64,000 nucleotides of DNA from Diplonema japonicum. Its lineage: Eukaryota; Protista; Euglenozoa: Diplonemea. The stretch lies in NCBI GenBank assembly GCA_964019335.1, contig OZ025704.1:186001-250000 (forward strand), in the 5' to 3' direction. The notes beneath the pieces were generated by a model. It had not been told where the DNA came from. It made no database searches and saw only the letters and a program-made list of their open reading frames with translations. A program made the position numbers and the translations under genes. This document shows, one piece after another, positions 31,201-45,263 of this stretch. Every line of letters begins with the position of its first letter. The stretch's first letter is position 1.

Positions 31201-34200
31201 CGAAACTGTTGAAAAACTGCAGCAGAGGGTAGAAGAACTAGAAGGTCTGATTGCTCAAACAGAAAGCAACAACGGGGAGCTGCAACGGCAAGTGGCACAA
31301 CTCGAGGATGGCAAGGAGGCGTTGCAACATGAGGCATCGTTGATGGAGGAAAGAGCGTCACAGATGGAGGAGAAAGCCTCACAGATGGAGGAGCGTGCTT
31401 CCGTGATGGAGGAGAGGGTTGAAGAGATGCAACAGAAAGCCGACGACATGTTCACTGAAAAGGAGACACTTGACTTGCAGCAAACGCTGAGGTCCATCAC
31501 TACTTCGGTGGGAGAGAAGCTACCAGACAAGCAGCTGCAGGAGATTGCAAAGCTCACTGAAATGGAAATCAGCAAGGACCCGGAGGAACAAAGGCAGCAG
31601 CTTGAAGAGCTCCAGAATGCTGCAGTTGCCATCCATGAAACGGTCCCTGAGCTGCAGGAGGCTCTGATCAACAACGATGCTTGGAAGGATGTTGCCAGGA
31701 GGCTTCTGCAGGAAAACCATGCTTTGAAAGAACAGCTTGCAGCACTCAATCCCGAGCCTTCAGAAGAAGACATGAAGACAGAGATGCTCGAAGCCCTGCT
31801 TGACGTAAAGGAAGGCCTCCCGCTGAGACTCAAGGAGCGCATTGACCACCTGTCTGTGCACCCCGACGAGACGTCAGCGGAGGAACTAGCAGGCATCATC
31901 AACGAAATCACCACCACCCCGCAGAATCTCACACCCGAGCAAATCGAACGTCTACGTGCAGTGATCGCAATTAAGCCCGACAAAGATGTGGAGGGCACTC
32001 CAGCTTCCGATGAAGAGCTACTCAAGCAGCAGGTTGCGAGGCTCAAAGAAGTCATGACACACGTGACCAAACTGGACGCCCTGCCTCAAGACATGCGGCA
32101 GGACATTGAACGCGCAGTGGGAGGCTTCGATTTGCGCCAGAATGCTGAAAACATGAAATCGGCACTCGTGGAAGTGAAGGAGAGCGAGTGCTCGGAGCTG
32201 ATGACTCCACGGCTGATAGAGCAGCTCGCTTCATCGGTTCTGGAACCCCTTTCCGACGACAGGGCGGAGCTACAGCAGCAGCATCACGAGCTCTTCAACA
32301 CTGTGTGCGCGGTACTTGACTCCGATGTGGCCGACTCACTCCCTGCAGACCTCCTTGCCAAGCTAAGACAGACTGTCGCAATCTGCACTGATGCTGATGA
32401 AGATTCAGAGGCCCTTCAACAGCAGGTCGATGAGCTGCTCCAGGCGCTTGCTGCCGTGCAAGAATCCGCCGCCGCACCTCAGTTGCCCGAGAACTTACAG
32501 CAGATGCTCAAGAATGTTAAGGAACTAGGTGCTTCACCAAAGCGGTTGCGCCGCACCCCGCTTATCATCCCCTCCAGTGGAGATGCGCAGCCTGTGCCTC
32601 ACCATGAGTTCAGGAACCTTCTTAACGAGATACTCAACGAGCCGTCGGCGCAGCATCTCCCCTTGCCCTTGCTTACTAAGCTTGGGACTTTGGCGGAAGG
32701 AGACACATCGCAGCTGGCATCTGAAGTGCAGTCTCTGCAAAAGACGTTGAGTAAGTGCGACTCAAAGTACGATCCTTCTGGTCTAGTGCGTGCAACACCC
32801 TCCACAAACCCCCTGCAGCTTGCTGAGCAACTGCACGAACTACGTGAGATGATCATAAGTGTCCCGCCGTCTGAGGTCAGTGTACTTCCTCAAGTGCGTG
32901 AGAAGTGCGAAACAGCACTCGATGAGCTGAAGGCACGCACAGCCTCACATGTGTCTGTTTCCGAAGCACCTGCTTCCGAGGTGCCGCAAGAATGGGGATC
33001 TGCTGCTCCAACGACAGAAAGCCTCGAGCTCAGCAAAGTGAGAATACAGCAATTAGAAACTGAGGTAAAGGAACTGGAGGCACAACTTGAGGCGACACAC
33101 AACCGAGAGGTGGCTGGGAAGCTGCTACCGATGATGTCTTCTGTGAGATGGCTGCAGGTGCCTGAGGAAACGAGGCATGCTATCGAACGCCTCATGCAGG
33201 CGGGAAGCGAAGAGGACATCAAAGAAGCCATTGCTCTGTCTTCTGAACTCCCCGGGCTTCGTGTCGACACTGACAAAGGTATTTTAGAATGTGTGTCCGA
33301 GTTATCCAAGCAAGTACCCGCACCAGCAAGGAGTACCGAAGCCGACTCTCTGCAGCAAGCGCTGGCTTGTGCGTTGGCTTCCCCATCTGCACAACAGCTT
33401 ACCGAAGAGAAGAGGCAGCAAATAGAATCTCTCATCAACGATGACGCGGCCAACCCTGAGGTGCAGGCTGCACTCAAAGAAATCTCGAACGAGCTGTTAT
33501 CCAGCAATCTCTCGCTCCCGAGTGAAGTGCTGTCCGGGCTAAATGGGGAGATGACCACGTGGAAAGACTTGCACAAGAAGTTCCTAAATGACAAAGCCGT
33601 GTCTGAGAAGGTCATCGCTCGAAGCCGTGCAGGCAGTCTCACCGCCAGCACAATCCGCGAGTGTGAGGCCTTGCAACAGGCTTTCTGCGCGGTGCTGTGC
33701 AGCCCAGCTGCTGAGATGCTCCCCGCTGGACAGAAGAAAGCATTCACGCAGCTAGTCGACGTTGAAGCAGAGAGTGTTGATGTTGCGAAACTCAGGACAA
33801 CAGCAGCAACTATGCTTACCCATGCAGCGGCTGCAAAACTCACTCCAAGGGAGAGGGAGTGCTTGCAGTTTGGGCAACAAAACGACTTGTGGAAATTCAT
33901 CATCAAAAGGCTGCAGAACGAGAGACAGGCACTGGAAACAACAGCGGCCATGCTCCCTGAGAGTGTAGAGTCTAAGCAGCTTCAAGAAGCTCTTGCTGCG
34001 TGGAGCGTCCTTCCCTCGTCAGAGGGCAATGGATGCCTGGAGGACGTAGAGAAGCTTGTGATGTTGGGCGATGCTGCGCCAATCGACGAACTGCGAAAGG
34101 CTGTGGTCATGATTAAGTCGTCTCCCGACTACGACGGACAGCCAAAGGAGCTGGACTCAAGCATGAAGCTGACTGAGTCATGGAAGGGCGTCACGGCTAC

Positions 34201-37200
34201 CCTGATGAAGGACCAGAAGGAAGCAGAAGAGACGCTAACCAGAGAACGCGCAAACAGCAAGATTGAAACAGAACAATGCATCAAGGCATTGCGTGGCAGT
34301 CTTGAGGCCGTCCTGATAAACTGCAGCGACCAGTTGCCTGCACAGCAGATGGCAGAAATCACTGCCCTGCTTCAAGAAGAAGGAAACGAACACAAAACCC
34401 CGCAAGACCTTGTGGCCGATCTCTCGGTTGCAGGACAGTCGCTTATTCTGGAGGACGATGGGCTGGCGAAAGCACTGAACAAAGCACCCTCCGACACGTG
34501 GAAGGATGTGGCGAGGAAGGTGCTGGAAGAGAAGAAGGAACTCGAAAATGAATTTGAATCACTACGAACTCAAAACGCTGCCCTGAAGCAGCCCGCAACA
34601 GCCATACCTTCGGATAGCGGCCTGTCTGACATCTCTGCTCTGTTGGAGGAGAAGCAAGATTTGGAGCACAAAGTCACAGAGCTCCGCGCCGCCCTTGACG
34701 ACAAGGGCACCCAGTGGTACGACGTTGCCATGCAGCTGACGAACGAGAAGAAGGAACTTGAAGCACAAATGGCAGCTTCAGTAACTGAAGAGACTGCCGG
34801 CCGTCGCAAGCAGATGCAAGATGTGTTGAAGCAAGTTGCCGAGTCACCTGTGTCGCGGGCTCTACCGGACGACCACAGGCACCACGTCGAGCGGTTGGCG
34901 AGGGAGGGAAGCGACATTGTCACGTTATCCGAGGCGGTGGCCACTGTGAGAGCCTCGCCGCAAGTGGTAAGTGCGCTTCCTCAGGAGACTCAAAGAAAGC
35001 TGAAAGAGGCCACTGCAAGTGTGTCTCCTATGCGCTGTAAGGACAGAGTAACGGAGCTAGAGGGGTCCATCCATGACTTGCTAGGGACTATCAGTGAGCT
35101 TGAGGGCGAGCTTGACAAGGATAGGCATTACAACGCAGTAGTCGACATCCAGGAGACACTGCTGAAGGCATCGCAGCTAGAGTCCCTCTCGCCTGACGTA
35201 TGTGAGAAGCTAACCGAGTTGGCAACTATGGACATCTACACCGAGCCACAAGCGTTGCAACAGCAGCTTGCCGTGCTCCAAGAAATGGCCAAGGAGGTGT
35301 CAACTGTCGGGGGGTTGCCGGAGGAACTGAGAAGCGCTCTGGAATTCCTGGCGAACAACGACGAATCGCCCATTCACGAACAGGTGGCTGGACTACGCAA
35401 AGCTTTAGAAGCCGCATCTAGCGTGCAGAGCGCGCCATTCGCTGAGCGCACTGCGTACAACCAAGCCATGACCGCCGTTGTCGAGCAATGCGAGCTCCCT
35501 GATGATCTGAAATCTTACATCACCAACCTGACGGAAGGAAAAGCCCCTGCGGGTTCCGTCCCTGCTGTCGATCCCATGTGGAGGTCTGAGCGCGATAGCA
35601 TTGCGGACTTGGAGGCCCTGCTCCGCGAGAAGGACAGGGTCATCGGCGGTCTGGAGCACGAGCTGGACACTATCTCCACTGTGAGCCCCCCTGGTCACAA
35701 CCCAGCACTCCGAAAGGCCGCAGCCTTGCGAGACGGGCTGGTTACTGTTCTTGAGTCGGATGCAGAAATAGCACCAGCGCTGAGGTCGCAGATACAGGCG
35801 CTTGTGACGAGGAACCTTAATACTATGACAAACGAAGAGCTGCACGCCGCAGCTGGCTCGCTACGAGCTGTCTCTGATGCGGTGTTAACGACTGGTGTGT
35901 TGCCTATCAAGGTCAGGGACGCTCTGGCCCGAGGAATAACACCGGTGCAAAGCATCGCGCCACCGATAGCACCGCAGCCTCCAACACCCCCCAGACCAGC
36001 CCCTAAGCCACGTGTGGAATTCTCAGACAGGCAATCACTGACAACTGGGACGGGTACCACAGCCACCACTGAGAGCGATCTCGATTTCATGGAGAAGCTC
36101 AGCAGCAAGATTCAGGTGTATGAAGCTGCTGTGAAGTCCGTGTTAGATTGCAGCGCAGCCCGCTACTTAACACCAACACTGCACTACCAATTGTCGTCGC
36201 TTGCAAAACGACCATCAGGGAACTTCGTTCAGGCAATTGCTTCTGAGTCCGCCGAAGAGGTAGTGGCACTGCGCTTGCGTGTAGCGGAGCTGGAAGGACA
36301 AGCTCAAACCCTGGAAGGGCACTCCAAGCGCTCAGAGGACATGATCAAGAAGCTCAAGGATCTGTCGAGAATACCTGGCATGCCTGAGGAAAGTAGACGG
36401 GAGATCCACACGGCAATCGCTAGCGATGCAGCGCTGACTGCAGCGTCAAATGCTGCTGTCCGCCAACCAGACGAAAGAGTTTGTGACCTTGAAACCCAGG
36501 TAAGTGAGCTCACTGATGCCCTAACAGCAGTAATGGAGTGTCAAGCAGCTGAGCAGCTTCCTGAGTCCCTGCATCAGAGGATACTGACGCTGTCGAGAAG
36601 TAAGAAGGGACAAATCCCGCTCACTGACCACTACAGGGAGCTGCAAGATGTCGCTGTTGCTGTACAGAGCAACACTGCTTCTGACATGTTCCCCGAGTGG
36701 CTCATCAGAAGGCTTGACAGACTGATCCAAGAGAGCAGCAACGAGAAGACAGAGCTGTTGCTACGCACGATGGAACGACTGGAGAACAAGATCCAGCGTC
36801 TGGAGGGCAGCAAGGGTAGGGTCGACAACCTTGTCGATTCCGTGAAGAACATCAGAGTCGCAGGGTCGGCAGTCATCCCTGAGGAGGCTAAGCGTGCTAT
36901 GGACACACTGATCATTGCTGATGTAGCTGCTGCGCAGAGGCTCTTGCTGGAAGCGGAGACAGCAAGTGCAGCTTCTGTAAGTGCTTCTGCGGGCGAAGCT
37001 GGGGCAGCTGCGTTGGCCGCATTGTTGCGAATCATCGAAGGCCGACTCGGCACTTCAGAAGGCAGTGCTGTACAGCTAGCGGAGGCGTCGACTGCGGCGT
37101 CTGGTCTATGCAATGCCAGCGGTGTGGTTGGGCTCGCCATGAACGCGGTGGCCTCCCTCACCCACGATGCTCTGTCGTGCATGAGGGCGGCCAGCGGGCT

Positions 37201-40200
37201 CCCCGATGCTGTCGACATGGTGGCTTCTGCCCGCAAGGTTGCTGAGGCTGGCGCAGCGACTTCTTCCGCTGCAAGATTCATCTCAACCGCCCTCTCGGTG
37301 GGCGCCCACACTGACAAGCTTGTTGCTAACGACCTCAACGTGTTCGCCAACAGACTTTACAGCGAGTCGAAGGACCTGCCCAATGAGTGTCACCCTCAAG
37401 TGCTGAAGCTGACGAAGGACCTGAGGCATGCGGCATCAGAGGGCCTCAGCAAAGACACGCTGCTTGCGCTTTCAAAAGACGCCTCCGCTATAGCTGGTTA
37501 TGAACAGGCGGCTGTAAGGCCAAGGTTTACACCTGCGACAGAAAGCGCTGCCGAACTGCGGAACAGGGCGGTTGAGTTGCGTGCGTCAGGCGGCTTGGCC
37601 ACTGCAGCGACGGTCGATCGCGTCGCTCAGATGCTCGAAACAGGCGATACTTCAGTACTGTGGGATGCGGGCGATAACAAGCCAACGTTTGTCCACACCG
37701 CCCACACCACTGCCAACGTGAACGAGGCAGCTGACCAGCTGAGTTCCTCGTGGACGTCGATCGACCCGTCAGTCGCAAAGGTGGTGCGACAGGCACTCAA
37801 GAAAGAGGGAGGATTGCCAGCCGACGCTCGTTCTTACCTTGCAGACACCCTCCGGACGAGCCAGGGCAAGGTTGGTCCACTGGCAGAAGCTGCTGACAGC
37901 ATACTAGAGAGAAATGACCTTGGAGAAGACAGTAGGAGGTGGGTGGAGGACCTTGTGACCGCTGCGGACTCAAAAGCAAGGGATCTCATGGGCGGGCTGT
38001 GCTCGCTTCTTCGAAGCAAGATGGTGACAGGTGACGCAGCAGTCCTGCTGAGTAATGCGGTTGCTGAAGCTGACCAGCAGTTACGCACGTTGCTCGACCT
38101 TGCGTTCAAGGCATTGGACACCCCCACAGGCATTCCTGAACATGTGTACTCTGCTTTGTCGGAGGTCTTAGGCGAGACTAATAGCAGCTTGCAAACTGCT
38201 GCTGCCATGGCCGTCAAGGACCCTGGGCTGGCGGAGCAAACACGACGTGTCCTGAAGACCTCATTGAGAACTGGTAGTGGCATCGATGTTGGTTTGGAAG
38301 CAGCGCTTGCATGCACTGGACTATCGCGCGGTGTTCGTCGCGTGCTGCAAGAAGCGTTGGCGGCGCACCGCACGCCCATCGCAGGCATGGCACAGCAGCC
38401 GCTTCTCCCAGCTTCTCACGTGATTCTTCCACACGCTGTACGAAGAGCTGAATTAGGCAGTCTGCCTCCGTCAACTGCAGTCTTATCCGCAGCCCTTCGC
38501 ACGGCTGTCAACAGGGCTGTGACCTTGGAGCGTGCCATCGACTCCGTCCTCATGCTGCCGTCGACACCTGGTGCCGTGCGCGAACACCTGCGCCACTTGA
38601 TCCCTTCGGACGCTGATGCACACAACGATCAAACCGACTTCTTTTCTCCAACAGAGGCTAGCGACTTGACGCAGCCTGGTGTTCGAGAGGGCCTCACTGC
38701 TATTCTCCGATCTACTGGAACTGAGGACATCCCACCAGGTCTCAGGCACAGACTTGAGGGTCTGGCTGGTATTAAGCCAGAGGTGACAGAAGTCAAGTCT
38801 CAAGGCAAGCCGCAGGTGGTAGTATTGGAGAACCCAGGCGCAGGTGAATGGCTTGACTGCCAAATGGAGTCAAGGCTGCCGAACGGGCGCTGCCGCATTA
38901 GAGTCCTTGCGCTACCGCCAACACATCCTGCTGTCAGGTTCAGCGGCAAGCACCTTGCTGTCGACGAGGAGCATCTTCGGTACAAGAAGGACGCAGTGGC
39001 GAAGCCGCCCTTGGGCACAGTCGTGAGACGGAACCCTGCATCTTGGAAGTGGGGTGAGCAGGACGGTGGTGCAGGCAGGACAGGCATTGTGGTCGACGTG
39101 AATGAAAGTAACTGGATAGGTGTCCAATGGGAGTCGGGGAGGAGGTCAAGATACAGGTGGGGCAAGGATGACTGCTATGATGTGGTAGCAGAAGAGCGCC
39201 CTGTGCTACATGCTGGTACGAGGGTCACCCCTATTGACAGCAACAAGCAAGGCTCCGTCGTGGTTGTCGATGACGGGTGGGCTACTGTCAAGTGGGACAC
39301 AGGTACTGGTGGGAGGTACAGATGGGGCGAAGGCGGCGAGTATGACCTGAAATTATGTGCCTCAGAGGGTCCTGATGAAGATGGGCTGCGTGCTGCAGTG
39401 CGCTCTGCCGTTGGAAGTCCTGACGGCGACAGCTTGTCGGACATTGCACGCCTAAGACTTGAGTCTCTTGTTGGCCCTGGGTCGCCACACAGAAAGGTGA
39501 CGCGCGACATACAGAGGATAGTAGACGAGATACATGGGCAGACAGCACAGCACAATGAACCTGCACACGAGTTCCTTCGTGCGCATGACGTACAGCTGCA
39601 AGAAGGGTCGCAGCACACTGCTGTGGCAGTCCATGTCCCGACCACAAGAATACCATCAGACGACGCAGGCAGCGTGAACGAGTGGGTGAAGGAGGCTGTT
39701 GAACTTCTGCGGGAGATCGGCGAAGGTGTCGTTGAAGCCAGAGGCCAGCAGTGGGTCCTACTTACGCCAGATCTGGCAGCTAGGGTCAGAGCCTTCAACA
39801 CAAGGCCGCAGCCCGAGTCGTCTATGGAGCTACCTGTGGTTCTGAAGGGGCTGCTGAACCCTGATGAGACTGGAGTCAATGTCATGGAAGCATTGAAGGA
39901 GGTCCTCGACAGCAGGGACCTGCAACTCGCGCAGCAAATTCGTGGCCTTGCAGGAGGCACAGTGGTAAGCAGCGGGGCGCCACTTGAGACACGTGTCAGC
40001 CATGTTGAGCAGGTGTCTGTGGGAGTGCAGTGCGCACCGACCACCCGCTGCAAGGGCGTCAACGTCAACCTGACAGAGTCGCTGCACAAGAAGCTGAACT
40101 CCGAAAGGGAGAAAATCAAAGGTCTCCAAGTAGAGCTGGTTGAGACAAGCAACAGAAGATCCCGATCAGTGGACCGGGAGAAGATCGATGTGGACCCCGA

Positions 40201-40548
40201 CCCTGAGGTATGCCTTGCTATCGAACATTCTTTAATACACGACAGGTCACCAGGGCTCTGAAAGACCTTGCGCTGTTGAGCAAAGCACCGCCCTCCGACC
40301 CGGTATGAGTTGGTTTCTCTGACATTTCACACAGAACGATGCCTGGGTGGACTCTGTGGTGGCGAACACAAAGCAAGACCCGGCTATGAGGGGATTGCTG
40401 CCCAACAACTTCGGCCGTGATGTTACAGGCGGCGTGCGTTTCGGGAACAGGAAGATCGACCTGGTGGCGATCAACGAGTTCGCCGCGGTGCGAATCGGCG
40501 GTGGCTACATGCTGTTTTCAGACTTTGTCAAAAAGTATGCCAACTAAA

Positions 40549-40585
<37 letters not shown>

Positions 40586-40588
40586 ACA

Positions 40589-40626
<38 letters not shown>

Positions 40627-41525
40627 AGGTTCGCCGACACTGACGACAGGAAACTGGTTGTGAACAGAGAAAGCGGTGGAGACCCTGCTGCACTGATCAG
40701 GAGCGGCAGGGACATGGTGTTTGTGGACCCTGCAGAGAAAGATGACCCGCAGCACATCATGTCCCGTGGTGTGGGCCCTGCAGGGGGTTCGCGACCCGTG
40801 TCACCTAAAAGAACACGCCTTCCAAGGGAAGAGATCACTGTAGAAACAGAAGACAGGCCTGGCTGGGTTGGGGTACAAGACAGGAGAGCGCCAAAACCAA
40901 GGTTCGCAACAACAGGGCCCCTCCCGGAAAGCGTGTCAAGAGGGTCAACTCCTATAAGACGGCGGACTTCTTCTGGCTCACGATGGGAAAGCCCCGGGAG
41001 AAAATATATGGAATCGGTGGCGATGGGGAGTTCACCGGTGCAGTGGGTGAGCAAGGCGGCTCCCGAACCAGCACCACAAGACCATCTTGAACAGGAAATC
41101 GAAGAGGAAATTGAAGAGGAAGACACACCAAGCGAAACGGTTACTGGCACGCTGGACATGCTGGAAAGTAGGTTACACAACATACTTTCTGCGCCTGTTG
41201 CTGCCTCTCCGCCCAGACTGCATCAGAAACAAGCTTACTTTAATGACCCCGTTCAGGTGAAAACGACCAGCCCTCGACCTGAACCGGGGTACAGCAGGCC
41301 TACCATAGGGTCTGTTTCTAGAATGAGTGAAGAGGGGCAAAGGAGGTCTTATAGGCTATCCAAACACCCGGTATGGCAATGGAAAAAAAAAAAGAAGGGA
41401 AAAAAAAAAAAAATGTGTAGCTCTATGATGACACCTCGCGGTCAGTCGATTACGATACATATATGAGTACCCGTTCTGCTGGGTCTGTGAGGAGGAGCAC
41501 CAGGCCTCCTGCGCACCCGTTTTAA
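25214..41525 (+). CDS. Giant (~5,365 aa) PH / coiled-coil / RanBP2-ZnF / 2x Mib-Herc2 / GAS2(GAR) protein (exons 25214-40207, 40246-40302, 40335-40534, 40629-41370, 41421-41525)
   Basis: N-terminal PH-like (LSGWVWK..WRKRFA..LCFYKD), WTCPSCSEHN...CRSC, Mib-Herc2 WKWGEQDGG..VQWESG..YRWG, and a GAR-like RFGNRKI..VRIGGGYMLFSDFVKK after four in-phase GT-AG introns. Confidence 0.8.
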
Positions 41526-41951
41526 ATTAGAGATACACACAATAAGAAAAGTTTTTTTTAAAGTAGTTCTTCTTACATTAAATTGCTGTTGAAGATCCCC
41601 CCCTTTTGTTTTTTATGTCCATATTCGTTCCCCTCATTGCATCCCCAGCTTTTTTTTTTTCTCCCTCTTTGTATTGATTTTTCATTTTCCCCTCCAAATT
41701 AAAAAAAAAAAAAGGTGGCAGTTCTTTAGCCCTTGTTTTTTCCATAGATATTCTTTTTTTTTTTTCACCTTCCTCAAGCAGCCCTTTTTTTTTCATTTTT
41801 TTTTTCACCCCCTTTCTTCGAAGAAAACGAATTTTTGTTGTTGTGATTCTTTTACTTTTCTTTCCACCTCGGTTTTTTTTTTTAAAAAAAAAAAAGAAAA
41901 AAAAAAAAAAACTATCAAAAAAAAAAAAAAAAAATGAAATCAGCAAGAACA

Positions 41952-43149
41952 ATGGCAAAGATGATGGGAAGGAGGTGGGTCTCGATCGCCTCCACAGAAC
42001 TGAGGGGTGGACTGGACGTATGGAAAAAAAAAAAAAAAAAAAAAGAACCCAATCTATTTTTTTTTTTTTTAACAGCACCCAGTTCAGATCAGGGGGAGGA
42101 AGCACCTTCCTGACTGCGACAACAAGCTGCTCCCAGAGTACCTAAAATCCGCCTCTGAGAATGAGTTTCTAGTGAACCTCAAGGCGGTACAGGAAGACGA
42201 AGAAGGCTTCGAGGAGTGGTCGAAGACCGTGAGAAAGCACATGGACGAAAACCTCTCAAAATATGGCGCCGTTCTCCTAAGAGGCACGCCCATGAAGACC
42301 CCCGACGACTTCTCCAAGTTCATTGAACTAAGCGGATGGCAGACAAAGGGCGACGATGACTTCGCAAGGGCTATGCAAGCCCGTTCCATGACCTCCACAT
42401 GCGTGTCACAGTACGCGAGAACAGCTTCTGATGACCATCGCAACTACACCATCGAACCCCATCACGAGTACCACACTGTTGGTTTCCCTAACATCATTCT
42501 CCTTTTCTGTCAAGAATGCCCCGAGACTGGTGGTGAATGGCCTGTTGGTGACGGCAGGCAGATTCTCAAGGAACTCCGCCCTGATGTTGTCGAAAAATTC
42601 GAAAAACTCGGTGCTCGTTACTGTTTGTACTACCCCTCGAAGGAGTCTTCTGAAGGAGCGAGGTACAACAACTGGGAGACAAACCTGCTCCCCACGAAGG
42701 TAGAAACCGAAAACTACCTGAACGACAGAGGATACACTGTTGAATGGCAGGAGGACGGCGGCTTGAGGTACTGGCAGAACTACCCTGCTGTGAGGGAGCA
42801 CCCTTCCACAGGTGAGAAGGTCTGGTTTAACCAAATTCACGCGCACCACAAGTCGTTCTATGAGTGCCATCCTAACTTCGCGGACCCTGCTGTGTGGCAG
42901 GCTGTGGCCGAGGAGAACAAGTGGCCTGTTGATTGCACTTATGGAGACGGTACTCCTATTGAGCAAGAGACACTCGACCACATCCGTGAGGTTGTGTGGA
43001 GGAACTGTGTGGGCGTCACACCGAAGCCTGGCGACCTTCTTATCTGCGACAACTGGCTTTCGCTTCATGGGAGGATCTCCTTCCCCGCTGGCGAACGCAA
43101 GGTTTTCGCTGCCACTGTGTTCAGCGAGGAGGATGAAGATGATGAGTAG
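41952..43149 (+). CDS. TauD/clavaminate-synthase-like Fe(II)/2-oxoglutarate dioxygenase (exons 41952-42017, 42076-43149)
   Basis: YGAVLLRG, an HxE motif (PHHEY), HPSTGEKVWFNQ, GDLLICDNWLSLHGR. In-phase intron. Confidence 0.88.
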
Positions 43150-44249
43150 GTTTTTTCTTTTTTTTTTTTTTCTTTTTTTTTTTTTTTGTTGTATTGTGTT
43201 CTTACATTTTTTTTTTTTTCTTTTCGAACCATTTAAATTTAACAGTTGTAAAGTGCACTTTGTGGTTTGAAAGAAAAAAAAAAAAGCTGTATGAACGCAA
43301 AAATATTTCCCGTCCCTCTTTTTTTTTTTTTTTTTTTTTCTCTTTTTTTTTTCACAGCACCTTGCGACACTCGCAAAATGGGTTCAGGTCGCTGCAACAA
43401 CTACCCTCTCGGAAGAAGAAGAAAATAAAAAATATTGGGGGGGGAATAAACAAGCTGCTGTTAAGGGTGCTGCCCCCCTTTGTTCTGATACCATATTTTT
43501 TTTGTGTGTGTGTGTTGTGTTGTGTTTCCTTGTTCCTTCCTGTTGTTCTTTCCTCTCTTGTTTTTTTTTTCTTGTCATCTTTTTTTTTTTTTTTTCAATC
43601 ACTTCCCTCTCTGTAATTTTTTTTTGGTGGTCTCTTCTCCCCCATTGTGAACTTTTTTTCTCACCCTCTCTCTCCCACCCCCCCCCCCCCCCCCCCCCTT
43701 TCTTCCACACACCCGCACCGAATATCAAAGAAAACGAAAAAGAATTAGGGGAAAAAAAAGGTTAAGTAATGTTTCCTCCCTCCCCCTTCACCCCCCTCTT
43801 TTTCTTTTTTTTATCAGAACGAATAAAAAAAAAAGAAACGAAGGGGGGGGGGAAAAAAGTGTTTAGAAAAAAATGGAGGAAATAATAATAAAAAGAAAAA
43901 AAAAAAAAGCGATTTGCCAAAAGAAAAAAAAAATAAGAATATATTTTAGAGGAGGGTGGGGAGAAAAAAAAATAAAAAACCTGCAAAAAAAAAGGGGGCG
44001 GAGGACGGAAAAAAAAAGAAAAAAAAGGAAACGCTTTTGACCTGGGGGGGGGGGGGGGGGGGGAGGGGTGAAGAGAGAGTTTTTACATGCGTAACACACA
44101 CCACACACAACATATTATTGCCCCCATCTTTTTCTTCTTTTTTCCCTTTTTTTTTTTCTCTCTTCTTTTTTTTCTTCTTCTTCTTCTTTTTCTCGAAACT
44201 CCATGGGAAAACCCTTTTTTTTTTCAAGAAAAAAAAGGGGAAAAAAAAA

Positions 44250-45215
44250 ATGACAAAAAATGAAAAGCGAAAAAAAACCCCCGCATCGAACACAGCGATT
44301 CTAAGCTGCTCACGCAACGAGCAAGTAGTGGAGCTCGCAAAAGCGTTACTTAGAGAATACATGCACAAACGAGGGTATTCCCGCACGCTGAAGGCGTACG
44401 ACGAAGAGGACCCAAGAACAGAATATTCCATTTCCAGCAGAGCATTGATGGCAGATATGATGCTTCTGAAAGGAAAATCGAAGAGTAGCATAATGGAGGA
44501 CATTGGTACTAGAAAAATAGAGAAGAAAGGGGTAATGCAAAGAATGGCGGAGCTAGACGTTGAGATAGAGCAACTGAACCAAAAGGTTGACGCTGTGAAC
44601 GGGAAGTTAAAAGCCGTCAAGAAAAAAAAAAAAAAAAAAGAAGAGAAACAGCAAAAGAAGCCGAAGCGAGCCAACAGCGCTCCCCCGTCTATGTGGGTTC
44701 CCCCTGCTCCTGCTTCCATTGACGAACAGTCGTCTGAACCTGTCTTCAACTCCTCAATAGGAATTGGCTACAAGTCAAATAAAGGCCCTGTTTTATTTGG
44801 TGGCAGGGACTGGATCCCTCCTCCCATCGATAGCACGTCTGCTGAAACCACAGGTGGCAGTGAAGGCTGGGCCTCTAACAAAATTCTCACAGGGACAGAA
44901 TTCAAGGATTTACGCGAAAAAATGCGAAATGAGGTAGAAGAAGAGCGCACCAGGGTGGGCCGTGTAACTTCTGGCCACCATGTTACGTTGGCCCCAACAG
45001 CCGTTTCCACGGGGCATGGGTTGCCCAGGGGGGTATGAACGAAAAAAAAAAAAAAAAAAAAACGACAGAATACCAAGCTTGATAAAACCGCACTTCGCCT
45101 GACAAGCCCGCCTACAGAAGTCCTCAGTCCGACCACTTCCGCGTTACGGCCAGCATCGCTTGAACCTGGGTCGGCTACAAAGCGAGATAAAAGGGTCTCG
45201 TTTGCAGAGAAATAG
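44250..45215 (+). CDS. LisH-like (MINDY4 N-terminal-like) coiled-coil protein with a C-terminal RVxF motif (intron 45033-45068; start uncertain)
   Basis: LAKALLREYMHKRGYSRTLKAYDEE is LisH-like. The spliced last exon ends KRVSFAEK. Confidence 0.6.
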
Positions 45216-45228
45216 AGGAGATGATGGT

Positions 45229-45263
<35 letters not shown>

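Noticed and set aside
25588-40152. Long minus-strand ORFs opposite the giant gene
   Set aside because: They are Ser/Cys-rich antisense shadows of a Glu/Gln/Ala-rich coding strand.
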